Source: Deltaproteobacteria bacterium
GTDB lineage: Bacteria; Desulfobacterota; GWC2-55-46; UBA9637
Direction: 5' to 3'
Length of the DNA: 64,000 nt
Assembly (NCBI GenBank): GCA_030690165.1
Contig: JAUYHF010000055.1
Location: 3,493 to 67,492, forward strand
Each line of letters begins with the position of its first letter. Position 1 is the stretch's first letter. A program made the translations under genes and the position numbers. A model generated the notes under the pieces. That model made no database searches and was not told the DNA's origin. It worked only from the letters and a program-made list of their open reading frames with translations. This document shows positions 1 to 9,233 of this stretch, piece by piece.

Positions 1-43
1 GCTGGTAAGAATCTGCCGTTTAAAAAAACCATATCATCCATAG

Positions 44-1459
44 CTAAACCAGCTTTCTAATCCCTAACCCCTGTTCTTCAATGCCAATTGCCTTGAAAAA
101 CGCCTTGGCCTTCAATATTGTCTCCTGATATTCTTCTTCCGGCTTAGAATCAGCAACAATACCGCCGCCTACATTCAGATATAAATGCCCGTTTTTTAAC
201 ACAGCAGTCCTTATTGCCATTGACATATCCATATTGCCGCAGAAATCTATCCAGCCTATTGCCCCTGTGTATATGCCGCGTGGCGTGGGTTCCATCTCTT
301 CTATTATCTCCATTGCCCTAATCTTGGGTGCGCCGGTTACTGAGCCGCCGGGGAAAAATAACCTTAAGCAATCTACAGGGCTCATCCCATTTTTTACCTT
401 TCCAGTAACCGTGGAAACCATGTGGTGAAGCGTAGGATATGCGCATATTTTTTTTAGGGATTTTACCTTTACTGAGCCGTATTCGCAGAACATCCCCAAA
501 TCGCTTCTCTCTAAATCCACTATCATTATATGTTCTGCCTTTTCCTTTTTGCTGTTTTTAAGGTCTCTTATGAGATATTGATCTCCTGTTATGTTCTTTC
601 CCCTCGGTCTTGTCCCTTTTATCGGGCTCGTTTCTGCGATGTTGTCTTTAATTTTAAGAAGCCTCTCAGGCGAATTGGATATTATCTGGAAATCCCCATA
701 ATTAAGGAAAGCTCCAAATGGAGCAGGGTTTATCTTTCGCAGGGTATTGTAAAGGGCTGCCGGATTCCCTTTATAATTGACAATAAATCTTTGAGACAGA
801 TTTGCCTGATATATGTCTCCAGATGCGATATATCCCTGTATAATCTTGATTGCATCAATATAACCGGTTTTAGTAAAATTTGACTCGATGTTATCTTTGT
901 ATGTGCTCGTCTGCGAAGGGAGAATCCTTTGCCTGTCATCTGCGCTGATAATGTCCAACAATCGGCTTACCCGCTCTTTTGCTAATAATTTTTCCTCTCT
1001 GCCGTCAGAAGTTAAGCCGGCGGAAATGCAATAACCTTTATTTATTTTGCAGTCATAAACAAAAATGGTATCATATACGCCCAGAATACAATTGGGGATA
1101 ACAGGAAGGACGGCCTTTTTCTTTGAAAGATCCTCGATCTGATTTTTCAGGTCATATCCGAAATAGCCTGCCATGCCTCCCCCTTGAAAAGGGAAGGGGA
1201 GTGATAATCTTCTTTTGGCTTTTTTGAATTTATTGAATATAGAATTTACTGTGGTAAATACATCATCTGTTGTAATCTTTATTGAACCGCAGCCGGTAAC
1301 TTCTACCTTGTTATTTTGCGCCTTTATTAAAATAAGCGGATTTGCGCCCAGCAGAGAATATCTATTTATGCCGCAGCTATCTAAGAAAAAGGGAAAAGGC
1401 TGCGCGCATATTTTACGGAAAACATCTAAAGGTTTGGCAGGACATGCCTCTATCACCAT
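44..1459 (-). CDS. Chorismate-utilising enzyme, aminodeoxychorismate synthase / anthranilate synthase component I family
   Basis: 471-aa ORF; chorismate-binding C-terminal motifs (PGGSVTGAPK, MSMAIRTAV) typical of PabB/TrpE; no adjacent glutamine amidotransferase subunit visible. Confidence 0.7.
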   Translation of the reverse strand: MVIEACPAKPLDVFRKICAQPFPFFLDSCGINRYSLLGANPLILIKAQNNKVEVTGCGSIKITTDDVFTTVNSIFNKFKKAKRRLSLPFPFQGGGMAGYFGYDLKNQIEDLSKKKAVLPVIPNCILGVYDTIFVYDCKINKGYCISAGLTSDGREEKLLAKERVSRLLDIISADDRQRILPSQTSTYKDNIESNFTKTGYIDAIKIIQGYIASGDIYQANLSQRFIVNYKGNPAALYNTLRKINPAPFGAFLNYGDFQIISNSPERLLKIKDNIAETSPIKGTRPRGKNITGDQYLIRDLKNSKKEKAEHIMIVDLERSDLGMFCEYGSVKVKSLKKICAYPTLHHMVSTVTGKVKNGMSPVDCLRLFFPGGSVTGAPKIRAMEIIEEMEPTPRGIYTGAIGWIDFCGNMDMSMAIRTAVLKNGHLYLNVGGGIVADSKPEEEYQETILKAKAFFKAIGIEEQGLGIRKLV

Positions 1460-1607
1460 GGCTGGGCAAAAGCTTATAATCTTTTTTAAGACAGGTCAAG
1501 GCTATAAATGTCTCTAAATAGGATGTCTCTAAAAAGTATTGACATTTTGCACGGCTTGTGCAAAAAACTTCTATCTAAAATAAATAGTGAAAGGAGGTGA
1601 ATATCTA

Positions 1608-1946
1608 ATGAAAAAGATTTTAGTATTATTGGTAGCATTAACAGTCGCTGTCGCATTCAGCGCTGTTACATTTGCTGATGAGGGACATGCGAAGACAGAG
1701 CCAGCTAAAGCAGCGACATCTGCCAAAACAGCCACCAAGGGAGGCGGCGAGGTAACAGCAGTTGATGTGAATGCAATGACAATTACAGTGAAGACAAAGA
1801 AGGGCGGCGAAAAGGTCATTGCTATTACAGATGCGTCTAAGATTACTGTAGGCAAAGAGACAAAGGCAATCGCGGATGTAAAGGTCGGCGATATGGTAAA
1901 GGTAAAAGTTCTAAAGGCTGCAAAGAACCCCTGCGCAAAGAAATAA
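1608..1946 (+). CDS. Small secreted lysine/alanine-rich protein, unknown function
   Basis: ATG at 1608 preceded by strong RBS AGGAGGTG (1592-1599); N-terminal signal peptide MKKILVLLVALTVAVAFSAVTFA; ORF-track start at 1587 is a GTG upstream of the RBS. Confidence 0.6.
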   Translation: MKKILVLLVALTVAVAFSAVTFADEGHAKTEPAKAATSAKTATKGGGEVTAVDVNAMTITVKTKKGGEKVIAITDASKITVGKETKAIADVKVGDMVKVKVLKAAKNPCAKK

Positions 1947-1973
1947 GCGCTTTTGAACCGCGCTGATTTTTAA

Positions 1974-2009
1974 AAGGCATTGTCCGATTGGGCAATGCCT
2001 TTTATTTTC
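1974..2009 (+). terminator. Rho-independent terminator
   Basis: Inverted repeat AAGGCATTG / CAATGCCTT (9-bp stem) with loop, followed by TTTTATTTT. Confidence 0.6.
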
Positions 2010-2075
2010 CCCGCTCTTACTCATTGCAATTTCCTTATTTGGATGATAACCTTTTTTTGCAAATGAGGAGATTGT

Positions 2076-2993
2076 ATGCCGCCCTTTAAATCAGGTTTTG
2101 TGTCAATCATAGGCCGTCCGAATGTCGGAAAGTCCACGCTCCTTAACACAATCCTCGGAGAGAAGATTGCTATAGTCTCCCCTAAGCCCCAGACCACAAG
2201 GAACAGGATCCGCGGTATTAAAAATATGGAGGATGCCCAGATAATATTTCTGGATACACCTGGCATACATTCTGACAAGGGATATCTGAACGAATTTATG
2301 ATAAGGGAGGCAATCTCTGCAATTGAAGATGTTGATGTAATCATTTATCTTGTTGAGGCTTCAAAGACGCTTGAAAAGGACGATTCTTTGATTATTGACA
2401 ATCTAAGGCGGATTAAATCCCCTGTCCTACTCGGCATAAATAAAACAGATATAACGCGGAAAGACAATATTCTGCCTTTGATAAATGAATATTCAAAACT
2501 ATACCCGTTCAAAGAGATTATCCCTATATCTGCGACCCGGGGAGAGGGAATAGAGACGCTTGTAAAGCTAGTCGTGGAGCTGCTGCCGGAGGGGCCGAAA
2601 TATTTCCCGGAGGATATATTAACAGACCTTCCTGAACGTTTTATAGTTGCTGAGATTGTAAGGGAAAAGATATTTAAGCTTACAAGACAGGAGATACCTT
2701 ACTCAACTGCTGTGGTGATTGATTCTTTTAAAGAAAATCCGAAGCTTGTCCCTGCAGGTAATAAGCAGGGAAAGGGGCTTGTCTCTATATCTGCGACAAT
2801 CAATGTGGAGAGGGACTCGCAAAAGGGGATTATAATCGGCAAGGGCGGAAAGATGCTGAAGGAGATCGGCACGCTCGCCCGCATTGATATTGAAAAACTC
2901 CTTGGCGCAAAGGTCTATCTTGAGCTCTTTGTAAAAGTGGAAAAGGACTGGACAAAGGATAAAAAACTATTAAAGGAGTTTGGATACCATTGA
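2076..2993 (+). CDS. era: GTPase Era
   Basis: G1 motif GRPNVGKST, DTPG, NKxD, C-terminal KH domain; 305 aa. Confidence 0.9.
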   Translation: MPPFKSGFVSIIGRPNVGKSTLLNTILGEKIAIVSPKPQTTRNRIRGIKNMEDAQIIFLDTPGIHSDKGYLNEFMIREAISAIEDVDVIIYLVEASKTLEKDDSLIIDNLRRIKSPVLLGINKTDITRKDNILPLINEYSKLYPFKEIIPISATRGEGIETLVKLVVELLPEGPKYFPEDILTDLPERFIVAEIVREKIFKLTRQEIPYSTAVVIDSFKENPKLVPAGNKQGKGLVSISATINVERDSQKGIIIGKGGKMLKEIGTLARIDIEKLLGAKVYLELFVKVEKDWTKDKKLLKEFGYH

Positions 2994-4312
2994 AACCCAT
3001 TGTTGCAATAGTCGGCAGGCCAAATGTAGGAAAGTCAACATTGTTTAACCGCATCATCGGCAAACAAAAGGCCCTTGTCAAGAATGAGCCTGGCGTGACC
3101 AGAGACTTAAATTATGCGGATGTGGTTGAACAGGGGAGGGCATTTACCCTGATTGACACAGGCGGGTTTGAGCTGCCAAAAAGAGGCAGAGGGGATTTGA
3201 CTATGCTTACCAAGGTAAGAGAGCAGGTTATGCTTGCAATAGAAGAGGCCGACATTATTGTATTTCTCATGGACGGCCGCGAGGGTTTCCTTTCATCTGA
3301 TAGAGATATTGCAGATATATTGAGAAGGGCTGATAAAAAGCCCATTTATGCGGTAAATAAAATAGATACAGATAAGCAAGAGCAGGGGATTACTGATTTT
3401 TATGCCTTAGGCATGGAAGACCTCGCCTTTGTTTCAGCGGAAGGGGGGAGGGGAGTGTATGAACTGCTGGATAAAATAATAGACTCTATTCCTAAAACCA
3501 GCGCCAAAGAGGAAGAAGATAGGATAAAACTTGCTGTTGCAGGGAGGCCCAATGTCGGCAAATCCTCTCTTGTAAACAGACTGCTCGGATATAAAAGGGT
3601 CATTGTGAGCGATATTCCCGGCACCACAAGAGATGCAATTGACACGCCGTTCAATTATAATAAAAAAAAATATCTGCTTATAGACACAGCCGGCATAAGA
3701 AAGAAGACAAGGATTGCCAGAACGCTTGAGCAGTATTCTGTCATGTCGGCCATAAAAAGTATTGACAGGTGCAATATTGCGCTGCTCATCATAGATGCAA
3801 AGGACGGCTTGACAGAACAGGATGAGAAGATAGCAGGTCTTGCCTATGAGAGGGGGAAGGGGTGCATTATTGTTGTAAACAAATGGGACATTATTCAAAA
3901 GGAGACAAATACCATCAAGGAATATACAGAGAGGATAAGATGGAAGGCAGGCTTCTTACGGTTTGCGCCTGTGATATTCGTATCGGCATTCACAGGCCAA
4001 AGGGTCTTTAATATCCTTGAGAAAGTAGAAGAGGTGCTGGCGCAGCTTGAGAAAAGGGTGCCGACCTCACAGCTAAATAATTTTTTTGATGGTTTTAAAA
4101 AATATCACCAACCGCCTATCTATAAAAGCAAGGCCGTGAAGATTTATTACATAACCCAGACAGACATAAAGCCGCCCACATTTGTTGCCTTCGTGAATTT
4201 TACGGAAGGCATCCACTTCTCTTATGAACGGTTTCTTGTAAACAAGATTAGAGAGGCATTTGGATTGGATAAAATACCCATCAGGCTTTATTTTAGAAAG
4301 AGGCAGAGGTAA
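2990..4312 (+). CDS. der: Ribosome-associated GTPase Der/EngA, tandem GTPase domains
   Basis: Two GxxxxGKS P-loops (GRPNVGKST at N-term, GRPNVGKSS mid-protein), C-terminal KH-like domain; 4-bp overlap with era. Confidence 0.9.
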   Translation: MKPIVAIVGRPNVGKSTLFNRIIGKQKALVKNEPGVTRDLNYADVVEQGRAFTLIDTGGFELPKRGRGDLTMLTKVREQVMLAIEEADIIVFLMDGREGFLSSDRDIADILRRADKKPIYAVNKIDTDKQEQGITDFYALGMEDLAFVSAEGGRGVYELLDKIIDSIPKTSAKEEEDRIKLAVAGRPNVGKSSLVNRLLGYKRVIVSDIPGTTRDAIDTPFNYNKKKYLLIDTAGIRKKTRIARTLEQYSVMSAIKSIDRCNIALLIIDAKDGLTEQDEKIAGLAYERGKGCIIVVNKWDIIQKETNTIKEYTERIRWKAGFLRFAPVIFVSAFTGQRVFNILEKVEEVLAQLEKRVPTSQLNNFFDGFKKYHQPPIYKSKAVKIYYITQTDIKPPTFVAFVNFTEGIHFSYERFLVNKIREAFGLDKIPIRLYFRKRQR

Positions 4313-4313
4313 G

Positions 4314-5138
4314 ATGAAAAAATTTTTTATTATTATAGCTGACAGCATCAAGGCATTTTCTTATGATAATTGCCTTACTATGGCTGCGGCAATATCATTT
4401 TATGCCTTATTTTCTCTGCTCCCGCTCATGTTTCTGCTGTTCTCTTTTATAGGCTTTACTCTCGGAACTGAGACACGGTTTTTTGAACAAGTTTTAGAAT
4501 TTGTGAAAAAGAGTCTTCCTTATCTGAGCGACAGCATCGTGGGGGACATTAAAGGGCTTATAGCTAACCGCAAGGTCTTTGGCTGGTTTGGCATTATAAC
4601 GCTCATCTGGAGCGCTGAGTTTGTAATACTTGCCATAAGAGATGCAATGAATATCATTTTTGGAGAAGCGGAGAAGATGGGCTTCGTAAAAACCAGGCTG
4701 GTTGTATGGGGGACATTCTTTATCTGGTGTGCGGTTTTTCTTATTTCCATAGGTCTTCCTCTTGCCGCAGAAATTTTAAGCAGAATAAAAATAGCCGCCT
4801 TCGGCATAGATATATCCTACTATCTTGCGAGGAGTGTAACCTTTAAATATTTCATGCCGGTTGTAATTATGGTTATTGCTGTGGCCTTTATATTCAAAAT
4901 AATGGTCGGGAAAAACATAAAAGCAAGACATGCTATTTTAGGCAGCATAATATTCTCTGTTTTATGGGAGGCGGCAAAACAACTCTTTGCCTTATACATC
5001 ACACATTTCGGAAGTTTTAACAAGATGTATGGCTCTCTCGGCGCTATTATGATAATGCTTTTATGGATATTTTATTCTGCAATTATATTGCTTTTCAGCG
5101 CCGAGTTTATTGCATCTGTAAAGGCGCCCAGGAAATGA
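4314..5138 (+). CDS. YihY/BrkB family inner-membrane protein
   Basis: MKKFFIIIADSIKAFSYDNCLTMAAAISFYALFSLLPLMFLL is the typical YihY N-terminus; multiple TM helices; the ORF-track start at 4260 overlaps der, so ATG 4314 is preferred. Confidence 0.75.
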   Translation: MKKFFIIIADSIKAFSYDNCLTMAAAISFYALFSLLPLMFLLFSFIGFTLGTETRFFEQVLEFVKKSLPYLSDSIVGDIKGLIANRKVFGWFGIITLIWSAEFVILAIRDAMNIIFGEAEKMGFVKTRLVVWGTFFIWCAVFLISIGLPLAAEILSRIKIAAFGIDISYYLARSVTFKYFMPVVIMVIAVAFIFKIMVGKNIKARHAILGSIIFSVLWEAAKQLFALYITHFGSFNKMYGSLGAIMIMLLWIFYSAIILLFSAEFIASVKAPRK

Positions 5139-5379
5139 TACCCAAAAATAGACTTTGATTTTTGGGGAAACCTGCAAGTTGCCTGTCAGACGAGGCAGAG
5201 GCTATTTTTGCGACAAGCCGTATATCACCAATACGGTGAGGAGCAAAAATGCGCCGATAACGAAGTATGGCAGGCAAATCGCAGGTTTGTAAAATAGCGA
5301 GGTTTTTAATCGCTATTTTACAGTGATAACAAGATATTGCGCAGGGATTAGTATTTTGTTATAGTTTTTAGAATTTATT

Positions 5380-5889
5380 ATGATAAAACCTTATAAAGAC
5401 ATAAATCCAAGGATAGCTCCAACAGCATATATTGAAGAGAGCGCCCGGATAATCGGCGATGTGGAGATAGGCGAATATTCCAGCGTATGGTGCAATGCTG
5501 TCCTTCGCGGGGATGTCCATTATATCAGGCTGGGCAAACGGACAAATATTCAGGACAACTGCGTTCTTCACGGCACAAAAGGCGTTTATCCTGTGATACT
5601 CGGAGATGATATTACAGTGGGGCATAATGTTACGCTTCACGGCTGTGTGGTCAAGGACAGATGCCTTATCGGCATGGGTTCAATAATACTTGACGGCGTT
5701 GAGATTGGAGAGGATTCTATAATAGGCGCAGGCGCATTGGTTACCGAAAAAAGCATTATACCGCCGCGGAGCCTTGTAATGGGTCTGCCTGGAAAGGTTG
5801 TAAGACAGCTTAAAGACGCGGAGGTTTCAAGGATTTTACAATCTGCGAAAAACTATATTGAATATTCTGAAGGCTATAAAGGAAGATAA
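5380..5889 (+). CDS. Gamma-class carbonic anhydrase family / hexapeptide-repeat protein
   Basis: Left-handed beta-helix hexapeptide repeats; conserved His ligands (NCVLHG, VTLHG); 169 aa. Confidence 0.8.
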   Translation: MIKPYKDINPRIAPTAYIEESARIIGDVEIGEYSSVWCNAVLRGDVHYIRLGKRTNIQDNCVLHGTKGVYPVILGDDITVGHNVTLHGCVVKDRCLIGMGSIILDGVEIGEDSIIGAGALVTEKSIIPPRSLVMGLPGKVVRQLKDAEVSRILQSAKNYIEYSEGYKGR

Positions 5890-5922
5890 TCCCTGTCCTT
5901 CCCTATCAGGGGAGAGGATATA

Positions 5923-6897
5923 ATGAGCATGGGCATTGCAACACGATACGCATCAATTGACATTGGCACAAATACCCTAAGACTTCTTATTGCGGAAATC
6001 GACAATAAAAAATTAAAGCCTGTTTTCCTAAAAAGGATTATCACAAGGCTCGGCGGTGATTATAAAGAAGATATTGGCATATCGCCGGCAGCAGAGGAGA
6101 GGACAATAAATACCCTCGGGATATTCGCTGAAAAGATTAAAGAGTATGGTGTCCAAGAGATTAAGGCTGTTGCAACCAGTGTGGTGAGAAGGGCAAAGAA
6201 TAAAAAAGAATTTCTCAAAAATGTCCTTGAAAGAACAGGATTAGACGTGAGGGTAATATCAGGGGATGAAGAGGCAAGGCTCTCTTTGTTAGGAGTTTTG
6301 TCGGTTATCGGAAATGGGAACAAAAAGTGTCTTGTGGTTGATATAGGCGGTGGAAGCACAGAATTTATTGCAGTAGATGCCGGAAAGATGATTGGTGCGT
6401 GGAGTATGGAGATGGGAGTTGTGCATCTCACAGAAAACTATTTAAAGACAGACCCGCCGGCTCACAATGAGTTAGATGCGATGGAAAATGAGATAAACGG
6501 CATTATTGCAGATTTGAAGGATTTGATGAAAAAAGCCTGTCCCTGTGAGCTTAAAGCAGGGAACGGCTGTTTGCCTTCAGCCTTGCTGATAGGCACAGCA
6601 GGCACGATAACAACACTGGCATCAATTGATCAGAGGCTTGAAGAATATGATGCTGACAGGATAAATAATTATGTATTAAAATATGAAACTGTTAAAAAGA
6701 TATATCAATGGCTTGCGTCCATGCCTTTAAAAGAAAGGGAAAAGGTGTTATCCCTTGAGAAGGGGAGGGAGGATATTATAATACCTGGGGCGGCTATCGT
6801 ATTAAAGGCAATGGAAGGTTTTGGCTTTGATAAAATGACTGTAAGCGATGCCGGGCTTTTGGAAGGAATATTGTTAGATGAGACAGGTTTAGGTTGA
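5923..6897 (+). CDS. Ppx/GppA family phosphatase (exopolyphosphatase / pppGpp phosphohydrolase)
   Basis: ASKHA-fold N-terminus IDIGTNTLRLLIAE, second DIGGGSTE motif. Confidence 0.8.
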   Translation: MSMGIATRYASIDIGTNTLRLLIAEIDNKKLKPVFLKRIITRLGGDYKEDIGISPAAEERTINTLGIFAEKIKEYGVQEIKAVATSVVRRAKNKKEFLKNVLERTGLDVRVISGDEEARLSLLGVLSVIGNGNKKCLVVDIGGGSTEFIAVDAGKMIGAWSMEMGVVHLTENYLKTDPPAHNELDAMENEINGIIADLKDLMKKACPCELKAGNGCLPSALLIGTAGTITTLASIDQRLEEYDADRINNYVLKYETVKKIYQWLASMPLKEREKVLSLEKGREDIIIPGAAIVLKAMEGFGFDKMTVSDAGLLEGILLDETGLG

Positions 6898-6951
6898 GGG
6901 AAAGACATGCTGAGGAAAACCTTAACCTGTATCTATTAGGAGGTTTAATAT

Positions 6952-8418
6952 ATGCCAAAAAATAATAATATGAAAGAAGGTCTTGCCTTTGACGATGTTT
7001 TATTAGCGCCGGCATATTCAGAGATACTGCCAAGGGATGTGGATACATCTACACGACTTACAAATACAATCAAATTAAACATCCCTCTTTTAAGCGCTGC
7101 CATGGATACGGTTACGGAATCCCGCATGGCCATTGCCATAGCGCAGGAAGGCGGCATGGGTATAATCCATAAAAATATTACCATAGAAGAACAGGCAATA
7201 GAGGTTGACAAGGTAAAAAAATACGAAAGTGTTATCATACTTAAACCCAGAACCCTTGACCCGGAGCAGCGTTTATACGACGTATTGGAGATAAAAAAGA
7301 CTGAGCAGATATCCAGTTTTCCCATAGTGAAAAACGGGAAGCTCGTAGGCATCCTTACCAACAGAGATTTAAGATTTGAAAAAAACCTCTCCAAAAAAAT
7401 ATCGGATGTGATGACAAAAGAGCTTGTAACAGCGCCTGTTGGCACATCCATAGAAAAAGCAAAAGCCATCCTCCATCGCCACAGGATTGAAAAGCTGCCT
7501 GTAGTGGATAAAAACGGGCAACTAAAGGGTTTGATAACCATTAACGATATTGAAAAACGAGAAAAATATCCAAACTCCTGCAAAGATAAACTCGGCAGGC
7601 TTATGGTCGGCGCAGCGATTGGCGTTTCTTTTGACCGTGAAGCAAGGGTGGAGGCGCTTTTAAACGCAGGCGCTGATATCATTGCCATTGATACGGCCCA
7701 CGGCCACAGCAAGGGTGTGCTGAATGCTATTAGGGATACAAGGAAGAACTTTCCCAAATGCCAGCTTATAGCAGGCAATGTCGGGACATCTGAAGGCGCA
7801 GAGGCGCTTATAAAAGCCGGTGTTGACGTAATAAAGGTCGGTATCGGTCCAGGTTCTATATGCACGACAAGGATTGTAACAGGTGTTGGCATTCCACAGA
7901 TAACAGCTATTATGAATTGCGCGGCAGTTGCCAGGAAAAAGAATATACCGGTTATTGCTGATGGCGGCGTAAAGTTTTCAGGAGATATGGTAAAGGCCAT
8001 TGCCGCCGGCGCAGACTCTGTAATGATCGGCGGACTCTTTGCCGGCACAGATGAAAGCCCCGGCGAAACTGTATTATATCAGGGACGGACATATAAAATG
8101 TATAGGGGCATGGGCTCAATTGAAGCTATGAAAAAAGGCAGTAAAGATAGATACTTTCAAGATGATGTTGAGAGTGAACTTAAACTTATTCCTGAGGGTA
8201 TTGAAGGAAGGGTTCCGCATAAAGGGCCGGTATCTTCAACTATATTTCAGCTTATTGGCGGCTTAAAATCAGGCATGGGGTATTGTGGTTCAAGGACTAT
8301 TCCTCTTCTTCAAAAGAAGGCAAAATTGGTAAAAATAACCTTTGCAGGGCTGCGCGAGAGCCATGTCCACGATGTGATTATCACAAAAGAGGCGCCGAAT
8401 TATAAGGTGGTGGAGTAG
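6952..8418 (+). CDS. guaB: IMP dehydrogenase
   Basis: TIM barrel with tandem CBS domains; catalytic loop [11 protein letters not shown]; 488 aa. Confidence 0.95.
   Translation: MPKNNNMKEGLAFDDVLLAPAYSEILPRDVDTSTRLTNTIKLNIPLLSAAMDTVTESRMAIAIAQEGGMGIIHKNITIEEQAIEVDKVKKYESVIILKPRTLDPEQRLYDVLEIKKTEQISSFPIVKNGKLVGILTNRDLRFEKNLSKKISDVMTKELVTAPVGTSIEKAKAILHRHRIEKLPVVDKNGQLKGLITINDIEKREKYPNSCKDKLGRLMVGAAIGVSFDREARVEALLNAGADIIAIDTAHGHSKGVLNAIRDTRKNFPKCQLIAGNVGTSEGAEALIKAGVDVIKVGIGPGSICTTRIVTGVGIPQITAIMNCAAVARKKNIPVIADGGVKFSGDMVKAIAAGADSVMIGGLFAGTDESPGETVLYQGRTYKMYRGMGSIEAMKKGSKDRYFQDDVESELKLIPEGIEGRVPHKGPVSSTIFQLIGGLKSGMGYCGSRTIPLLQKKAKLVKITFAGLRESHVHDVIITKEAPNYKVVE
8356..8418 (+). repeat. Direct repeat copy A (guaB 3' end, 63 bp)
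   Basis: 59/63 identical to 9171-9233; copy A is the in-frame end of guaB. Confidence 0.85.
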
Positions 8419-8438
8419 ATAAAATTGCAGAGCGGAAG

Positions 8439-8645
8439 ATGGGTAAAGGTATAGATATGAGAAAAAGTAAGGTTTTGAGGTTTGATGAAATTATGAACCT
8501 CTATGATGAATTGTTTCCTGGTAGAAAAGGGGTAAGGATTGATACCCTGCTAAAATCTGTTGCCCCGAAAACAGTAGCCGAAAGGTTAAAAGAGACCATC
8601 CGGATTTCAGAAAAATTAGTATGGAAAAGACCCTCAAAGAGATAA
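8439..8645 (+). CDS. Small hypothetical protein (68 aa), upstream partner of nucleotidyltransferase
   Basis: ORF overlaps the downstream NTase gene by 25 nt (translational coupling); no recognisable family. Confidence 0.4.
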   Translation: MGKGIDMRKSKVLRFDEIMNLYDELFPGRKGVRIDTLLKSVAPKTVAERLKETIRISEKLVWKRPSKR

Positions 8646-9172
8646 TCAGGATTTTTGAACATGCCGGAGATGTTAAGGCTTATGCCCTTATAGGCGGATT
8701 GGCTGTCGGCGGATGGATTGCGCCGAGGGCAACAAAGGATATAGATATTCTGGCTGATTTATCCGTTACTACCCGTTCCGCAATAGAACGAGTCCTGAAG
8801 AAGTTTTTAACAGCAGGTTTTAAAGGAAGCATACAAATAGGCGCCCCTGAAGATGATATAAAATTTTGTATAAAAGCAGTATCGGGCGAGAAGGTTCCCG
8901 TTGATATAATATTTGCCAGCCGGAAATGGGAGGCGGAAATAGTTGAGGAAGGCTTGCCGGTTGAGTTGTTGAAGGGCCTCTCCATTCCTCTGGTTAGGCC
9001 GGAGGGCTTGATAACGCTTAAGCTAAAAGCTGGCAGCTTTCAAGACATTGCAGATGCATCAAAGCTTTTAGTCGAAGCCGAGTATGATTTACAAAGATTA
9101 CGTAAACTGGCAAAGAGGGCAAGGGTTGATAAAAGGCTCGAAAGGCTTATGGAAAAATTAGAGCTGGCGTGA
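8621..9172 (+). CDS. Minimal Pol-beta superfamily nucleotidyltransferase (AbiEii/MNT-like fold), 183 aa
   Basis: hG[GS]...DxD motif: YALIGGLAVGGWIAPRATKDIDIL; short size; sits between direct repeats. Confidence 0.6.
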   Translation: MEKTLKEIIRIFEHAGDVKAYALIGGLAVGGWIAPRATKDIDILADLSVTTRSAIERVLKKFLTAGFKGSIQIGAPEDDIKFCIKAVSGEKVPVDIIFASRKWEAEIVEEGLPVELLKGLSIPLVRPEGLITLKLKAGSFQDIADASKLLVEAEYDLQRLRKLAKRARVDKRLERLMEKLELA

Positions 9173-9233
9173 GAGCCATGTCCACGATGTTATTATCACA
9201 AAAGAGGTGCCGAATTATAAGGCGGTGGAGTAA
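9171..9233 (+). repeat. Direct repeat copy B (pseudo 3' end of guaB)
   Basis: Encodes [20 protein letters not shown], a near-duplicate of the GuaB C-terminus, detached from any gene. Confidence 0.85.

Noticed and set aside
1506-1562. Short direct repeat ATGTCTCTAAA x2 and palindrome TTGCACGGCTTGTGCAA upstream of the secreted-protein gene
   Set aside because: It is plausibly a promoter or operator, but too short to distinguish from chance. It is not reported as a feature.
1587-1607. GTG-initiated upstream start for the small secreted protein
   Set aside because: The strong RBS AGGAGGTG lies within this extension, 8 nt before the ATG at 1608, so the ATG is the real start.
4260-4313. Upstream extension of yihY ORF overlapping der by 53 nt
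   Set aside because: The canonical YihY N-terminus begins at the ATG at 4314, right after the der stop. The extension is an ORF-finder artefact.
5143-5166. Putative terminator hairpin after yihY
   Set aside because: The stem is A/T-rich with no following U-tract. It is too weak to call and is mentioned only within the intergenic finding.
6945-8048. 367-aa minus-strand ORF antisense to guaB
   Set aside because: It is fully embedded antisense in a highly conserved gene and has low-complexity S/A/P-rich translation. This is a typical shadow ORF.
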